A DNA stretch of 64,000 nucleotides from a virus (lineage: Duplodnaviria > Caudoviricetes), in IMG/VR virus record IMGVR_UViG_3300035208_003581, positions 1 to 64,000 of that record. One strand, written 5' to 3'. How positions within the stretch are numbered: the stretch's first letter is position 1; each line of letters begins with the position of its first letter. Under the pieces are notes generated by a model. The model saw only the letters and a program-made list of their open reading frames with translations, was not told the origin of the DNA and ran no database searches. A program made the translations under genes and the position numbers. Positions 1 through 8,665 of this stretch are shown in pieces.

Positions 1-122
1 TAGTAAAGACTGTAGGTTTAAAAACAGCAATAGATATTATGCCTATATTAGGGGAAGGCATTGCTTTACGGGTAGATCCTACTAATAGCGCTGTGGATCG
101 CGATGTACTTATTAAACCCTAA
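1..122 (+). CDS. 3' end of an upstream gene (partial, hypothetical)
   Basis: The frame starting at 3 is open (VKTVGLKTAIDIMPILGEGIALRVDPTNSAVDRDVLIKP) up to TAA at 120-122. Confidence 0.55.
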   Translation, partial: VKTVGLKTAIDIMPILGEGIALRVDPTNSAVDRDVLIKP

Positions 123-248
123 ATGCGAGGTTGTTTTTAACTTCGAGCGCGAATTATAAAGCACTCACGATAAAGCCAGTCACTTATCGTGCATTGGGGA
201 TATAATGTTTAATTTATTGATTTATACTTATGAAAGTTAAGGTGATTT

Positions 249-908
249 ATGTTTCAAGATATATTTTATATGATATGTTGGCCGTTAATTTGGGTATGTG
301 TTTTATTAAGTATTTCTATACATGATTATTTTTCTCATAGACATTTATTATTGAACTTCAATAAATTAAATTCAGATTTCAGAGATACTTTAGATACCAC
401 TCTACAAGAATTAAAATCACTTACAGTTAAGTTACAAAAAAATGATGTTTATGAACCAATGTGTGAGTATAGTTTTAATACTCTATTATATATAATACCA
501 GGTATATCATTTATATTAGATACAGATGGTAATTTTGATCTCATTACAAATGTTGATATTTTAGGATGGAAATCAGAAGATTTAATAGGTAAACATTTTT
601 CAAAAATCATACATACTGATTATGTAAATGAAATTAAAAGAGAAAATGTTCTTTTAAAATATAAAAATACGTCTCCTACAGAACAACCTAAAATTTTTGA
701 TGAGAGAAGAACTTCTCCACGAATTACTCAAAATTTACACATACAATTATTGCATAAAAATACAAAAGAGATTGAAGATGCAGATATGTATATTTATGGT
801 TTAGTTACATCATCTGGTCGATGGTTTGGGGATATAAATTCAGATGATAAAGAGTTTATAGGATCAATAGGAATTATTGAAATAAAACAAAATATAAATC
901 AAGATTAA
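249..908 (+). CDS. Membrane-anchored PAS-domain protein (paralog 1)
   Basis: N-terminal hydrophobic helix (ICWPLIWVCVLLSISI), coiled linker, PAS signature IPGISFILDTDGNF..ILGWKSEDLIGKHFSKIIHTDY, C-terminal FIGSIGIIE strand. No output domain. Confidence 0.8.
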   Translation: MFQDIFYMICWPLIWVCVLLSISIHDYFSHRHLLLNFNKLNSDFRDTLDTTLQELKSLTVKLQKNDVYEPMCEYSFNTLLYIIPGISFILDTDGNFDLITNVDILGWKSEDLIGKHFSKIIHTDYVNEIKRENVLLKYKNTSPTEQPKIFDERRTSPRITQNLHIQLLHKNTKEIEDADMYIYGLVTSSGRWFGDINSDDKEFIGSIGIIEIKQNINQD

Positions 909-965
909 ATTTTATATTTATATTTATTATTTAGGAGTGAGGTTAATAGTAAAATATCAAGAAAG

Positions 966-1616
966 ATGGACGGTATGAATATGTATTTTAGTATAATAAT
1001 AGTATTTTTTGGTTTAATTATGTTATTGATCATATTACAAGATCGTAAATTTAAAAGTAACTTACCGTATATAATTAGTGATAATGATAATCAATTAGAA
1101 AATTTAAAAGAATTAACAGAAAGATTAAATGCTGCAGAAAAAAAGATAAATATTTTTGAAAAGCAATTTGAAGAGAAATATTTTACTTTGATTAATTTAA
1201 TACCATTAGGTGTATATATTCTGAATAAAGATGGATTGTTTACATTTGTAAGAAATTTTGAATTTTTGGGATGGGAATCAAGTGAGCTATTAGGTAAACA
1301 TTTTTCTATTATCATACATCCAGATTATATAAATGATGTTAGTAGGGATATTGTATTACCTAAATATAAAGGTAGATTAACAGGATCAAAAAATGCACCT
1401 GGCTTATTCGATGAGAGAAGAACACCATTTTCTGATGACCAAAATCGGATTACTCAGAATCTCTTTATTTGTATGATACATAAAGATTGGTGTCAATCAT
1501 CTGATTGTTCAATGGTTAAGAAAGGATTAGTGTATTCAGCAGGTTATTATGATTCGATTGTAAGAGATCCAAATAAAGGATTTTCTGGTACTGTAGGTGT
1601 TATTAAATTGACTTGA
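966..1616 (+). CDS. Membrane-anchored PAS-domain protein (paralog 2)
   Basis: TM helix (FSIIIVFFGLIMLLIIL), coiled coil, PAS motif IPLGVYILNKDGLF..FLGWESSELLGKHFSIIIHPDY. Shares FDERRT and RITQNL with the previous ORF. Confidence 0.82.
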   Translation: MDGMNMYFSIIIVFFGLIMLLIILQDRKFKSNLPYIISDNDNQLENLKELTERLNAAEKKINIFEKQFEEKYFTLINLIPLGVYILNKDGLFTFVRNFEFLGWESSELLGKHFSIIIHPDYINDVSRDIVLPKYKGRLTGSKNAPGLFDERRTPFSDDQNRITQNLFICMIHKDWCQSSDCSMVKKGLVYSAGYYDSIVRDPNKGFSGTVGVIKLT

Positions 1617-1632
1617 AGTAGGTGGTATAATA

Positions 1633-1911
1633 ATGAGTGATGGTCATTATCATTTTGTAAATAGTAAATTGGTTCCTCCTCAACAACAAAGTAGTAACAA
1701 TAATAATGAGGATTGGTCACGATGGTCAATGTATGTTTTACGTGAATTGGACAGACAAAATAATAATTTAGAAAGTTTACGAAAAGTAGTTTCTGAGCAA
1801 AATGTAGCTATTGCAAAGTTAAATGTTAAAGCGGGTATATGGGGTATTATGGGTGGTGCTATTAGTGGTTTAGTAGCATTAATTATGTGGTTTATGAAAA
1901 GTCAAGGTTGA
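1633..1911 (+). CDS. Small coiled-coil protein with C-terminal TM helix (XhlA/holin-like)
   Basis: Coiled coil (VLRELDRQNNNLESLRKVV) followed by a Gly-rich TM segment (AGIWGIMGGAISGLVALIMWF); RBS AGGTGG upstream. Confidence 0.55.
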   Translation: MSDGHYHFVNSKLVPPQQQSSNNNNEDWSRWSMYVLRELDRQNNNLESLRKVVSEQNVAIAKLNVKAGIWGIMGGAISGLVALIMWFMKSQG

Positions 1912-1915
1912 TAAA

Positions 1916-2293
1916 ATGGATATTTCTGTTCAAGTCATAAAGCAGTTTGCAGAATATGGTGGGTATATAGGTATATTAACTGCAACATTTATTTTAATGA
2001 TGACTGGTGCAATAATTTATCTATGGAAATACATTCAGAAAATACAAGGTCAAATAGAATTAAATCAAAAAGAATATCAATTATCATTAAAGTCTTTTCA
2101 AGATGACTTTTTAAATATGCAGCAGAAAGCTCAGATTACTATAACAGATCTTCAGAATAAACGAGTTGATGAATCTAAAGAAGTACGTGTACTTTTAATG
2201 GATTTTTCTGACGAAAATAATAAAGTTATTAGAGGTCTTACTGAAGCTATCAATGCTTGGAAAGAAGCTTTTATTATTACTAATAAGGGTTAG
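1916..2293 (+). CDS. Holin-like protein (BhlA/UviB-type topology)
   Basis: N-terminal TM (YGGYIGILTATFILMMTGAIIYLW) followed by a long soluble coiled coil. Confidence 0.5.
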   Translation: MDISVQVIKQFAEYGGYIGILTATFILMMTGAIIYLWKYIQKIQGQIELNQKEYQLSLKSFQDDFLNMQQKAQITITDLQNKRVDESKEVRVLLMDFSDENNKVIRGLTEAINAWKEAFIITNKG

Positions 2294-2296
2294 TGA

Positions 2297-2548
2297 ATGC
2301 TAAATTTTTTTAGAAAAATTTTTAATAGATCTGATTTAAATAGTACTACATCAGATACTGATAATGCTTCATTTATTAAACAAAACAAAAGTAATTTTGA
2401 TGAATTTATATCTAAAGTACGTATAAATGAAGATCATATTGAAATACGGAATATGTTTGAAGATAGAAATAGTGATTTAGCTGCATTAAAAATACAATTG
2501 GAAGAACTTAAAAAACAAGCTATAGATATTTTAGGAGAACAAAAATGA
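2297..2548 (+). CDS. Small coiled-coil hypothetical protein
   Basis: Tightly packed ORF with amphipathic N-terminus MLNFFRKIF; its stop overlaps the next start (ATGA). Confidence 0.55.
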   Translation: MLNFFRKIFNRSDLNSTTSDTDNASFIKQNKSNFDEFISKVRINEDHIEIRNMFEDRNSDLAALKIQLEELKKQAIDILGEQK

Positions 2549-3006
2549 ATTCTGATGAAAAACTTGATGCTATTTTGAAACTTATTCAAAATTTAATTAC
2601 ACCCATGACAAAAACTTTAGATGAAATGAAAAAATCTTCTGATGAGATCAGTAAGTCTACATCAAGTCGATATATAGTACTTATATCAATGACTATTATT
2701 GCTTTTTTTGTATTTGGATCTCAAATATTTGTAATAAACAAAATGAATAATGTTATCTCTAGAATAGATGAAGTTTCAATTCAATCAAATATAAATTCTG
2801 TTCAATTTGAAGACCTTGCAAAAGTTACTCGTGATTATACTTCTTCCCCTGAAGTAGAGAAGAAAATAAATGATATGTTAATGGCTAATAAATACCCATC
2901 AAAATATCAGATTTCAAGAATGATGAAATCGTTTAGAAAACCAAAATCACAATTGGTACAACGAATATTAAATGCTGAGTTATTGGATTCAATAACAGAT
3001 AAATAA
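2545..3006 (+). CDS. Single-pass membrane protein with coiled coils
   Basis: Central TM (YIVLISMTIIAFFVFGSQIFVI); RBS AGGAG. Confidence 0.6.
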   Translation: MNSDEKLDAILKLIQNLITPMTKTLDEMKKSSDEISKSTSSRYIVLISMTIIAFFVFGSQIFVINKMNNVISRIDEVSIQSNINSVQFEDLAKVTRDYTSSPEVEKKINDMLMANKYPSKYQISRMMKSFRKPKSQLVQRILNAELLDSITDK

Positions 3007-3020
3007 TATTTCAGCATTAA

Positions 3021-3046
3021 TCTTTTTATGTTTAAGTGAATTAGGT
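3021..3046 (+). promoter_or_regulatory. Putative late-promoter motif TCTTTTTATG-N10-TTAGG
   Basis: Similar motifs recur in intergenic gaps at about 5919, 9792, 12342 and 23832, and on the minus strand at about 18598-18623. Confidence 0.4.
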
Positions 3047-3082
3047 AATACTTATTGTTTTTATAAAAAAAAGGAGAATGAA

Positions 3083-4243
3083 ATGTTACGTGTTATCCAT
3101 AGTCAATCACAAGATGGTTTAATAATTTTAAGTGATATTGAGGATGGTGTTAGATTCAGTTCTCGAATTATATTAGATAATGCAGCTCGTTTAGCTGCAA
3201 AACAACCAGTATATGTTCCATATTATAACCCAGATGATCCTACTCAACCTGGATTTGTAGATTTAGATGAAACTGATAAAGTTTTATTGTCAGCAGACCA
3301 TGGTTGTATAGCTGGATTAGTTGATGCAGGATTAGCTACAGTTGAGATTTTCGCTGCTGCAGATATTTTAATTCCAACAATAGTTTCGGTAGAATTAAAT
3401 GATGATGTCTTTGTTGGTGGGTTAGTTGTTATAGGTACAAAATTATTATCCACTTTACCATTTGTATCATCATTAATAATTACTGGTGACGGTGCTGTTA
3501 CCTACACAAGAGCAGAAGTTATTGCTGGTGGTGGTACATGGACTGATACACAAATTGCATTACCTGCTACATTAATTACAGGTGTTGTAGAAACTACATC
3601 TGAAATTACTGTTACTGCTGATGGTCTTACAGTTACACCTGTTGTTGAAGTTGCATTAGGTGCTACAACAGTTCCTGTAGTTACTACAGCAGTATTAAGT
3701 GATGGAGATGACCCAAATATACTTACAGTAACTGGTACTGGATTCTTATCAATATTACCAGATACTTCGTCAATAATAATTACTGGTAGTGGGGCTGTAA
3801 CAATATCAAAAGCAGATGTTTTAACTGGTAGTGGTACATGGACAGATACTGAGGTGGTTTTACCAGCAGCATTAATAACTGATGTAGCAGTAGGAACATC
3901 ATCAGTAGCTATTGAAGCTGATTCTGAAACATCAACACCAGCTACCGTTATTACATTAGGAACTCCAGCTACTCCAGAAATTACTACAGCAGTATTAGAT
4001 ACAGATTTAACTATTACAGGTTCAGGTTTCTTATCTATACTTCCAGAGTTATCTTCAGCAGCAATTACTGGTGATGGTGCTGTTACATTAACTCAATCAC
4101 AAGTTGAAACTGGTTTAGGTACTTGGACAGATACTTCAATTGTCATTCCAGCAGCATTGATTGCTGGTGTGTCAGCTACAACATCATCTGTAGCTGTTAC
4201 AGCAGATGCTGATACAAGTTCCGTAACTGTTATAACGGCATAG
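3083..4243 (+). CDS. Virion decoration-type protein with three Ig/IPT-like repeats
   Basis: Three ~95-aa repeats (L.V.G..[FL]LS.LP..SS..ITG.GAVT.......G.GTWTDT....PA.LI); T/V/A/G-rich; strong RBS AAGGAG. Confidence 0.65.
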   Translation: MLRVIHSQSQDGLIILSDIEDGVRFSSRIILDNAARLAAKQPVYVPYYNPDDPTQPGFVDLDETDKVLLSADHGCIAGLVDAGLATVEIFAAADILIPTIVSVELNDDVFVGGLVVIGTKLLSTLPFVSSLIITGDGAVTYTRAEVIAGGGTWTDTQIALPATLITGVVETTSEITVTADGLTVTPVVEVALGATTVPVVTTAVLSDGDDPNILTVTGTGFLSILPDTSSIIITGSGAVTISKADVLTGSGTWTDTEVVLPAALITDVAVGTSSVAIEADSETSTPATVITLGTPATPEITTAVLDTDLTITGSGFLSILPELSSAAITGDGAVTLTQSQVETGLGTWTDTSIVIPAALIAGVSATTSSVAVTADADTSSVTVITA

Positions 4244-4247
4244 TTAA

Positions 4248-4589
4248 ATGAATGATATTCAAATAAGTGAATACTTAGATGGGAGATTAGTTGAATTCCG
4301 TGGGGCACAATGGAGGCCCCACGGAATTTATCCCCAAAATTATTTAAAGAGATTGCAGGGAGACATGGAATTAATGTTTCGTGAACTATCTTCTTTAAAT
4401 TTTAAAGGTTTAATTTATGAACCAAAGTTAAATAAGCAGTTACATTTAATGAAAATTGCTTTGGATAAAGCAAAACGTGCTCGGTATTTTGATCATATTG
4501 AATTTACTGAGTTTATGAATAATTTTTATGTTGAAAGTAGAAATTTTTTAGAAACACTATGGAGATTAAGAATTAAGAAAGAAATTTAA
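4248..4589 (+). CDS. Hypothetical protein
   Basis: 113-aa ORF filling the gap; no recognisable motif. Confidence 0.55.
   Translation: MNDIQISEYLDGRLVEFRGAQWRPHGIYPQNYLKRLQGDMELMFRELSSLNFKGLIYEPKLNKQLHLMKIALDKAKRARYFDHIEFTEFMNNFYVESRNFLETLWRLRIKKEI
4294..4328 (+). terminator. GC-rich 13-bp hairpin (terminator or mRNA stabiliser)
   Basis: AATTCCGTGGGGC-9 nt loop-GCCCCACGGAATT, a perfect inverted repeat 50 nt after the stop of the Ig-repeat gene. Confidence 0.55.
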
Positions 4590-4668
4590 ACAATATTTTA
4601 GATTAATAACATATTAATATTGTTTATTAATAGTAGGGTATAAAACGTAAAACATACTGGAGATTAAA

Positions 4669-5193
4669 ATGGCTAGAATAGGTGTCATACGAACAGATGT
4701 TGGTGCTGTATTTTTAACTGACATTGAAACAGTATCTCAATGGGCAGCCTCTCTTGAACCTAGAGGTCAAGAAAGACGTGTTTACAGACCAAACCCTGAA
4801 GTTGCTACAAATACATTTTACAGTATTGTAGATATTCTTTTAGCAGATGCATTAAATTTAACTGCTGCTGAAGCAGCAGCGGCAGCTCCACTCTTAATTT
4901 TAAGAGCATTGCCAACTACTGGTACTATCAATGTTAGTCAAGCTAACATTGAATTTGATTACAGTGGTATTGATGCTGCTGCTGGTGATTTAAGTGGTGG
5001 TATTGAAGCAACTACTTATCAAAATTTAGTAGATGAACTTGCTCCTAACTTTGTAGAAACAGGAGTATTTTTAACTTCTTTTAATAGTGGTGTTATTTCT
5101 AAATATGCTGATGCTACATTTTCTGTGGAAGGTGTGGCAGGAGCCGCAATTGAAGTTGTTAGTTCAGATGATGGTGTTACACCATTTGCATAA
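4669..5193 (+). CDS. Putative virion structural protein
   Basis: Ala-rich acidic 174-aa ORF with RBS GGAG. Its N-terminus (AVFLTDIE) weakly echoes that of 3083 (LIILSDIE). Confidence 0.5.
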   Translation: MARIGVIRTDVGAVFLTDIETVSQWAASLEPRGQERRVYRPNPEVATNTFYSIVDILLADALNLTAAEAAAAAPLLILRALPTTGTINVSQANIEFDYSGIDAAAGDLSGGIEATTYQNLVDELAPNFVETGVFLTSFNSGVISKYADATFSVEGVAGAAIEVVSSDDGVTPFA

Positions 5194-5268
5194 TATGAAG
5201 ACACCCTATGTTAGAGATAACATAGCTAATGTTAATATTTATTAACAGAAACGTATCGGTGGGTTGTT

Positions 5269-5514
5269 ATGACATCTGTAAAAGAACTTTATGCAATAAG
5301 TGATATTTATTTTGCTGCATATTTGCGTATTTTTAAATGTGACTTAATTAGAAGTAAGAAAGATGGAAATCGCACTTTGTTTTTATTTGCAGATACTCCT
5401 CAATTACAGGATTTAAAAATAAAGTACTATAATAAATCAGATGAATCTAAAGTAACACCTTTAGATTTTGCTAATTCTGTTAAGGATTTGAAATCCCTTT
5501 GTTATATGAGTTAA
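5269..5514 (+). CDS. DUF5659-like small protein
   Basis: SDIYFAAYL...KDGNRTLFLF...YYN pattern resembles this small phage family (from memory). Confidence 0.55.
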   Translation: MTSVKELYAISDIYFAAYLRIFKCDLIRSKKDGNRTLFLFADTPQLQDLKIKYYNKSDESKVTPLDFANSVKDLKSLCYMS

Positions 5515-5533
5515 CATTAAATAGGTATATTTT

Positions 5534-5914
5534 ATGACCTATGCAATACGTGGTAGTAATAGAACCTTTCAAGTTCTTTTTGTCAGAGGATCAACTGGGA
5601 TAGCAGTTTCAGTTACTAATCCTACCATAACAATTTTTCACTATGATGATATTGATGGTATTACAGGTAATAATAAAATAATAGATGTATATAATGCTAC
5701 TTTAATACCTGATTCTGATATTGGTCAATACCATTATGTATGGTATGTTCCATCATCAAAATTAATTAATCAAATGCATTATACTATTTTTAAAGGTTTT
5801 GATCCATCTACCAATTTAAATATTGTGTTAGAGGAATCATTTTCTATTGTTGATGGGAATACATCTTCTAATGGTTTAATTAGAAATATGACATCTTCTT
5901 TTATCAAGTACTAG
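5534..5914 (+). CDS. Ig-like beta-sandwich virion protein
   Basis: IGQYHYVWYVP resembles IGEYYAAISIP in the N-terminal domain of the next gene. Confidence 0.5.
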   Translation: MTYAIRGSNRTFQVLFVRGSTGIAVSVTNPTITIFHYDDIDGITGNNKIIDVYNATLIPDSDIGQYHYVWYVPSSKLINQMHYTIFKGFDPSTNLNIVLEESFSIVDGNTSSNGLIRNMTSSFIKY

Positions 5915-5963
5915 AATTTCTTTTTATATTTTTACTAATTGGATATATTTTCAGGAGAAAATT

Positions 5964-6857
5964 ATGTCAGTTGCATTTATACGTGGTCAACAATTAGGTA
6001 GAGAAGACTTAAATATATTTTTACGTAACTCTTCTGGTATGCCAGCAAATGCAGCAGTTATCACTTATGCTATTTATGATAATACAACAGGTATAGAAGT
6101 TTTAATTGGTAGTGATGCACGTCAGCCAGTTAATCCCGCTATTGGAGAATATTATGCTGCAATTTCAATACCATCAGATGCAAATATAGGTGATTTTAGG
6201 ATACGGTGGACGTTTAAAGAAACATATACATCACAATTAGTTCAATGTGTTCAAGAATTTAATATAATTGAAAGTGGTTTAAATTCACAGTATCAAGATT
6301 ATGGCACATTGATGAATGGACTCATTGATAAGATGAGAGTTTATTTACGTGATAATAATCCAGATCGTAACTATAATTTTAGACCACCTACTGGTGAAGG
6401 TATAGTGAATCAGTATAATAGAGTATTTGGTTATATATGGGAAAATAATGAACTTTATGAATATTTAGATGGTGGTGCTGGTTTAGCAATGATGTATCCT
6501 CCTAGAACATATTTTCCAACAGTTGAAACTCTATTACAGAGTTACCCAGAATGGAAAATGCTTGTTGTAACAGGTGGTATGGTGTTAGCACTTCAAGCAT
6601 TGATGATAAATTGGATAGCAGAAGAGTTCGATTATTCAATTGCAGGAATTTCTTTATCTATTGATAAATCTTCAAAATATGAAGCTGCAAAACAAAATGC
6701 AGAAGAGCAATTTGATAAATATGTTGAAGCTGCAAAGAAAACAGTTAAAGTAACTAAAGGTTTACGTCAACCTAGATACAGCACTGGATTTAGGAGTGCT
6801 CTTGGTCCAAATACAGGACGTAATATTATGACTCCAAGAAAGTTTGCAGGTATTTAG
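5964..6857 (+). CDS. Putative head-tail adaptor/neck protein
   Basis: Ig-like N-domain plus a helical domain (LIDKMRVYLRD; FDYSIAGISLSIDKS..Y) typical of adaptor proteins; gene position fits. Confidence 0.55.
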   Translation: MSVAFIRGQQLGREDLNIFLRNSSGMPANAAVITYAIYDNTTGIEVLIGSDARQPVNPAIGEYYAAISIPSDANIGDFRIRWTFKETYTSQLVQCVQEFNIIESGLNSQYQDYGTLMNGLIDKMRVYLRDNNPDRNYNFRPPTGEGIVNQYNRVFGYIWENNELYEYLDGGAGLAMMYPPRTYFPTVETLLQSYPEWKMLVVTGGMVLALQALMINWIAEEFDYSIAGISLSIDKSSKYEAAKQNAEEQFDKYVEAAKKTVKVTKGLRQPRYSTGFRSALGPNTGRNIMTPRKFAGI

Positions 6858-8129
6858 ATGTCTGTGTGTCCAAAATCTCCTAATAATGTCAGTATATTAT
6901 CTCCATTTTTACCTAATGCTCTTGATATTAGATGGGATGACCCCTCAATTTTAACAGAAAATTCAGATTTTGAAATTTTAGGGGTAAATATTTATCGTTC
7001 TTTTGATAGTGAATATGGTCCGTTTAAAAAACTTAATGATGTCCCTATGGCATCTAATTTTTTCAGAGATCAAACAAAGATAGATGTAATTATAGATGAA
7101 GATGTGAGTAATAGATTTTTATCTCGTGGGAATAATGCGAATGGTAGTTGGGTATTTCAAACTGTACAATTTCCAATAATGAAACAAGCATTTAATACTG
7201 AGGTTAGAGAAGCAGACCACCCGAATGATGTTCAATTAAAGATTAATGGATCTGTTATACCTGTATTTAAAGTGGATGGTCATAGTGGTCAAGTGTCTTT
7301 GATTACTTCTTCTATTTTTAATCCTATTTCTGAAAAAAATGAATTGGCAATATTACCAACAGATTCATCAATAGTTACTTGTACTTATAGATATTTAAGT
7401 AATCCTATATACACTGCATTAAATCAGAGAATTTTTTACAGGATCACTACTGTGGGTATTGACTCTAATAATATAGTTGTCGAGACTCCTATTCAAGAAA
7501 TACAATCTTTTTCTCACCATGAAATTGAAAGATTAGACTGGATTTGGCGTGAAGCAATTCGTCGTAATAGATGGATATTAGAACAAGGTGGTGAGCGTGT
7601 AAAAGTTTTTTTAAGAAAATATGTTGGAATACAATGTTCATGTTGGGATACTGAGAAAAAGCATCCTATAAATGATTGTATGCTGTGTTTTGGTACTGGT
7701 ATTTTAGGTGGGTATGATGGGCCATTTGATATGATACTTGCTCCAGATGAATCAAGTAAACGTAAAAATCGTACTGAATACGGATATCATGTTGAACATT
7801 CTTGGGAAACTTGGACAGGTCCAAGTCCATTATTATCTCATCGTGATTTTATAGTTAGACAAAATGGTGATAGATATAGTTTAGGTGCTGTGACAGTACC
7901 TTCATCTCGTGGTATGATATTACAACAGCATTTTTCAATGAATATGTTTGATTCATTAGATATTCGTTATAAAGTACCTATTATAGGAACTTCTGAATTA
8001 TCATATCCACAAACAAGATTTCAAAATGAAGGATCAAATGTTTATCCTCAAATTACTGAAAAATCATTGATTCCAGATGAGAGAGAATTGCGTGGTAGAA
8101 CAGTAGTGTGGGAAAACATAACATATTAA
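6858..8129 (+). CDS. Putative head-closure/neck protein with FN3-like and Zn-binding domains
   Basis: FN3-like start (PNNV..LDIRWDDP..GVNIYRS), CSC...CMLCFGTG Zn motif, beta-barrel C-terminus (DFIVRQNGDRY). Confidence 0.55.
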   Translation: MSVCPKSPNNVSILSPFLPNALDIRWDDPSILTENSDFEILGVNIYRSFDSEYGPFKKLNDVPMASNFFRDQTKIDVIIDEDVSNRFLSRGNNANGSWVFQTVQFPIMKQAFNTEVREADHPNDVQLKINGSVIPVFKVDGHSGQVSLITSSIFNPISEKNELAILPTDSSIVTCTYRYLSNPIYTALNQRIFYRITTVGIDSNNIVVETPIQEIQSFSHHEIERLDWIWREAIRRNRWILEQGGERVKVFLRKYVGIQCSCWDTEKKHPINDCMLCFGTGILGGYDGPFDMILAPDESSKRKNRTEYGYHVEHSWETWTGPSPLLSHRDFIVRQNGDRYSLGAVTVPSSRGMILQQHFSMNMFDSLDIRYKVPIIGTSELSYPQTRFQNEGSNVYPQITEKSLIPDERELRGRTVVWENITY

Positions 8130-8130
8130 T

Positions 8131-8658
8131 ATGCAAATAATATTTGAACCAAAACTTTTTTTACCTATAGTTAAGTTAGGTAATTTAAACCATAGATTTT
8201 TAAATGGTTTAGCTAAAAAAATAGTTTCAATAATAAAACAAGAAATAAAACAAGAAAGTTTTGATGGTGTTTCAAAAGATTTAATTAATTCTTGGAGTTA
8301 TAGAGTTTCAGGTGATTCTATTCATATATTTTCAAACCATGATGCATTTAAAGATGATAAAGACAAAGAAGTTGAAGAAGAAGAAGTTGAAAAAGTTGAA
8401 GAAGATAATAATGTAGATGAAACTGTAGAGCCTGTTGTTGAAAAAGTTTATAAAATGAAGTCACGTCGTGTATCTATTACAAATAAAGGAGAAGTCACCA
8501 CTCAAAAAACGACAGCTAGAACTTTGTCTAATGGAGAATGGTTATTCCCATCAAGTCAAACTCCAGCATTTATGGTAAGAGCAAATAAACGTATCCTGAA
8601 AATGTTATTTGAAAGTATTCAAAAATATGTTATACAAATTACTAAGAAAAGAATGTAG
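8131..8658 (+). CDS. Putative neck/tail-completion protein
   Basis: LINSWSYRV..SIHIFSNH..FMVRA pattern resembles HK97-gp10-like completion proteins; carries an acidic insert. Confidence 0.4.
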   Translation: MQIIFEPKLFLPIVKLGNLNHRFLNGLAKKIVSIIKQEIKQESFDGVSKDLINSWSYRVSGDSIHIFSNHDAFKDDKDKEVEEEEVEKVEEDNNVDETVEPVVEKVYKMKSRRVSITNKGEVTTQKTTARTLSNGEWLFPSSQTPAFMVRANKRILKMLFESIQKYVIQITKKRM

Positions 8659-8665
8659 GTAGGCT

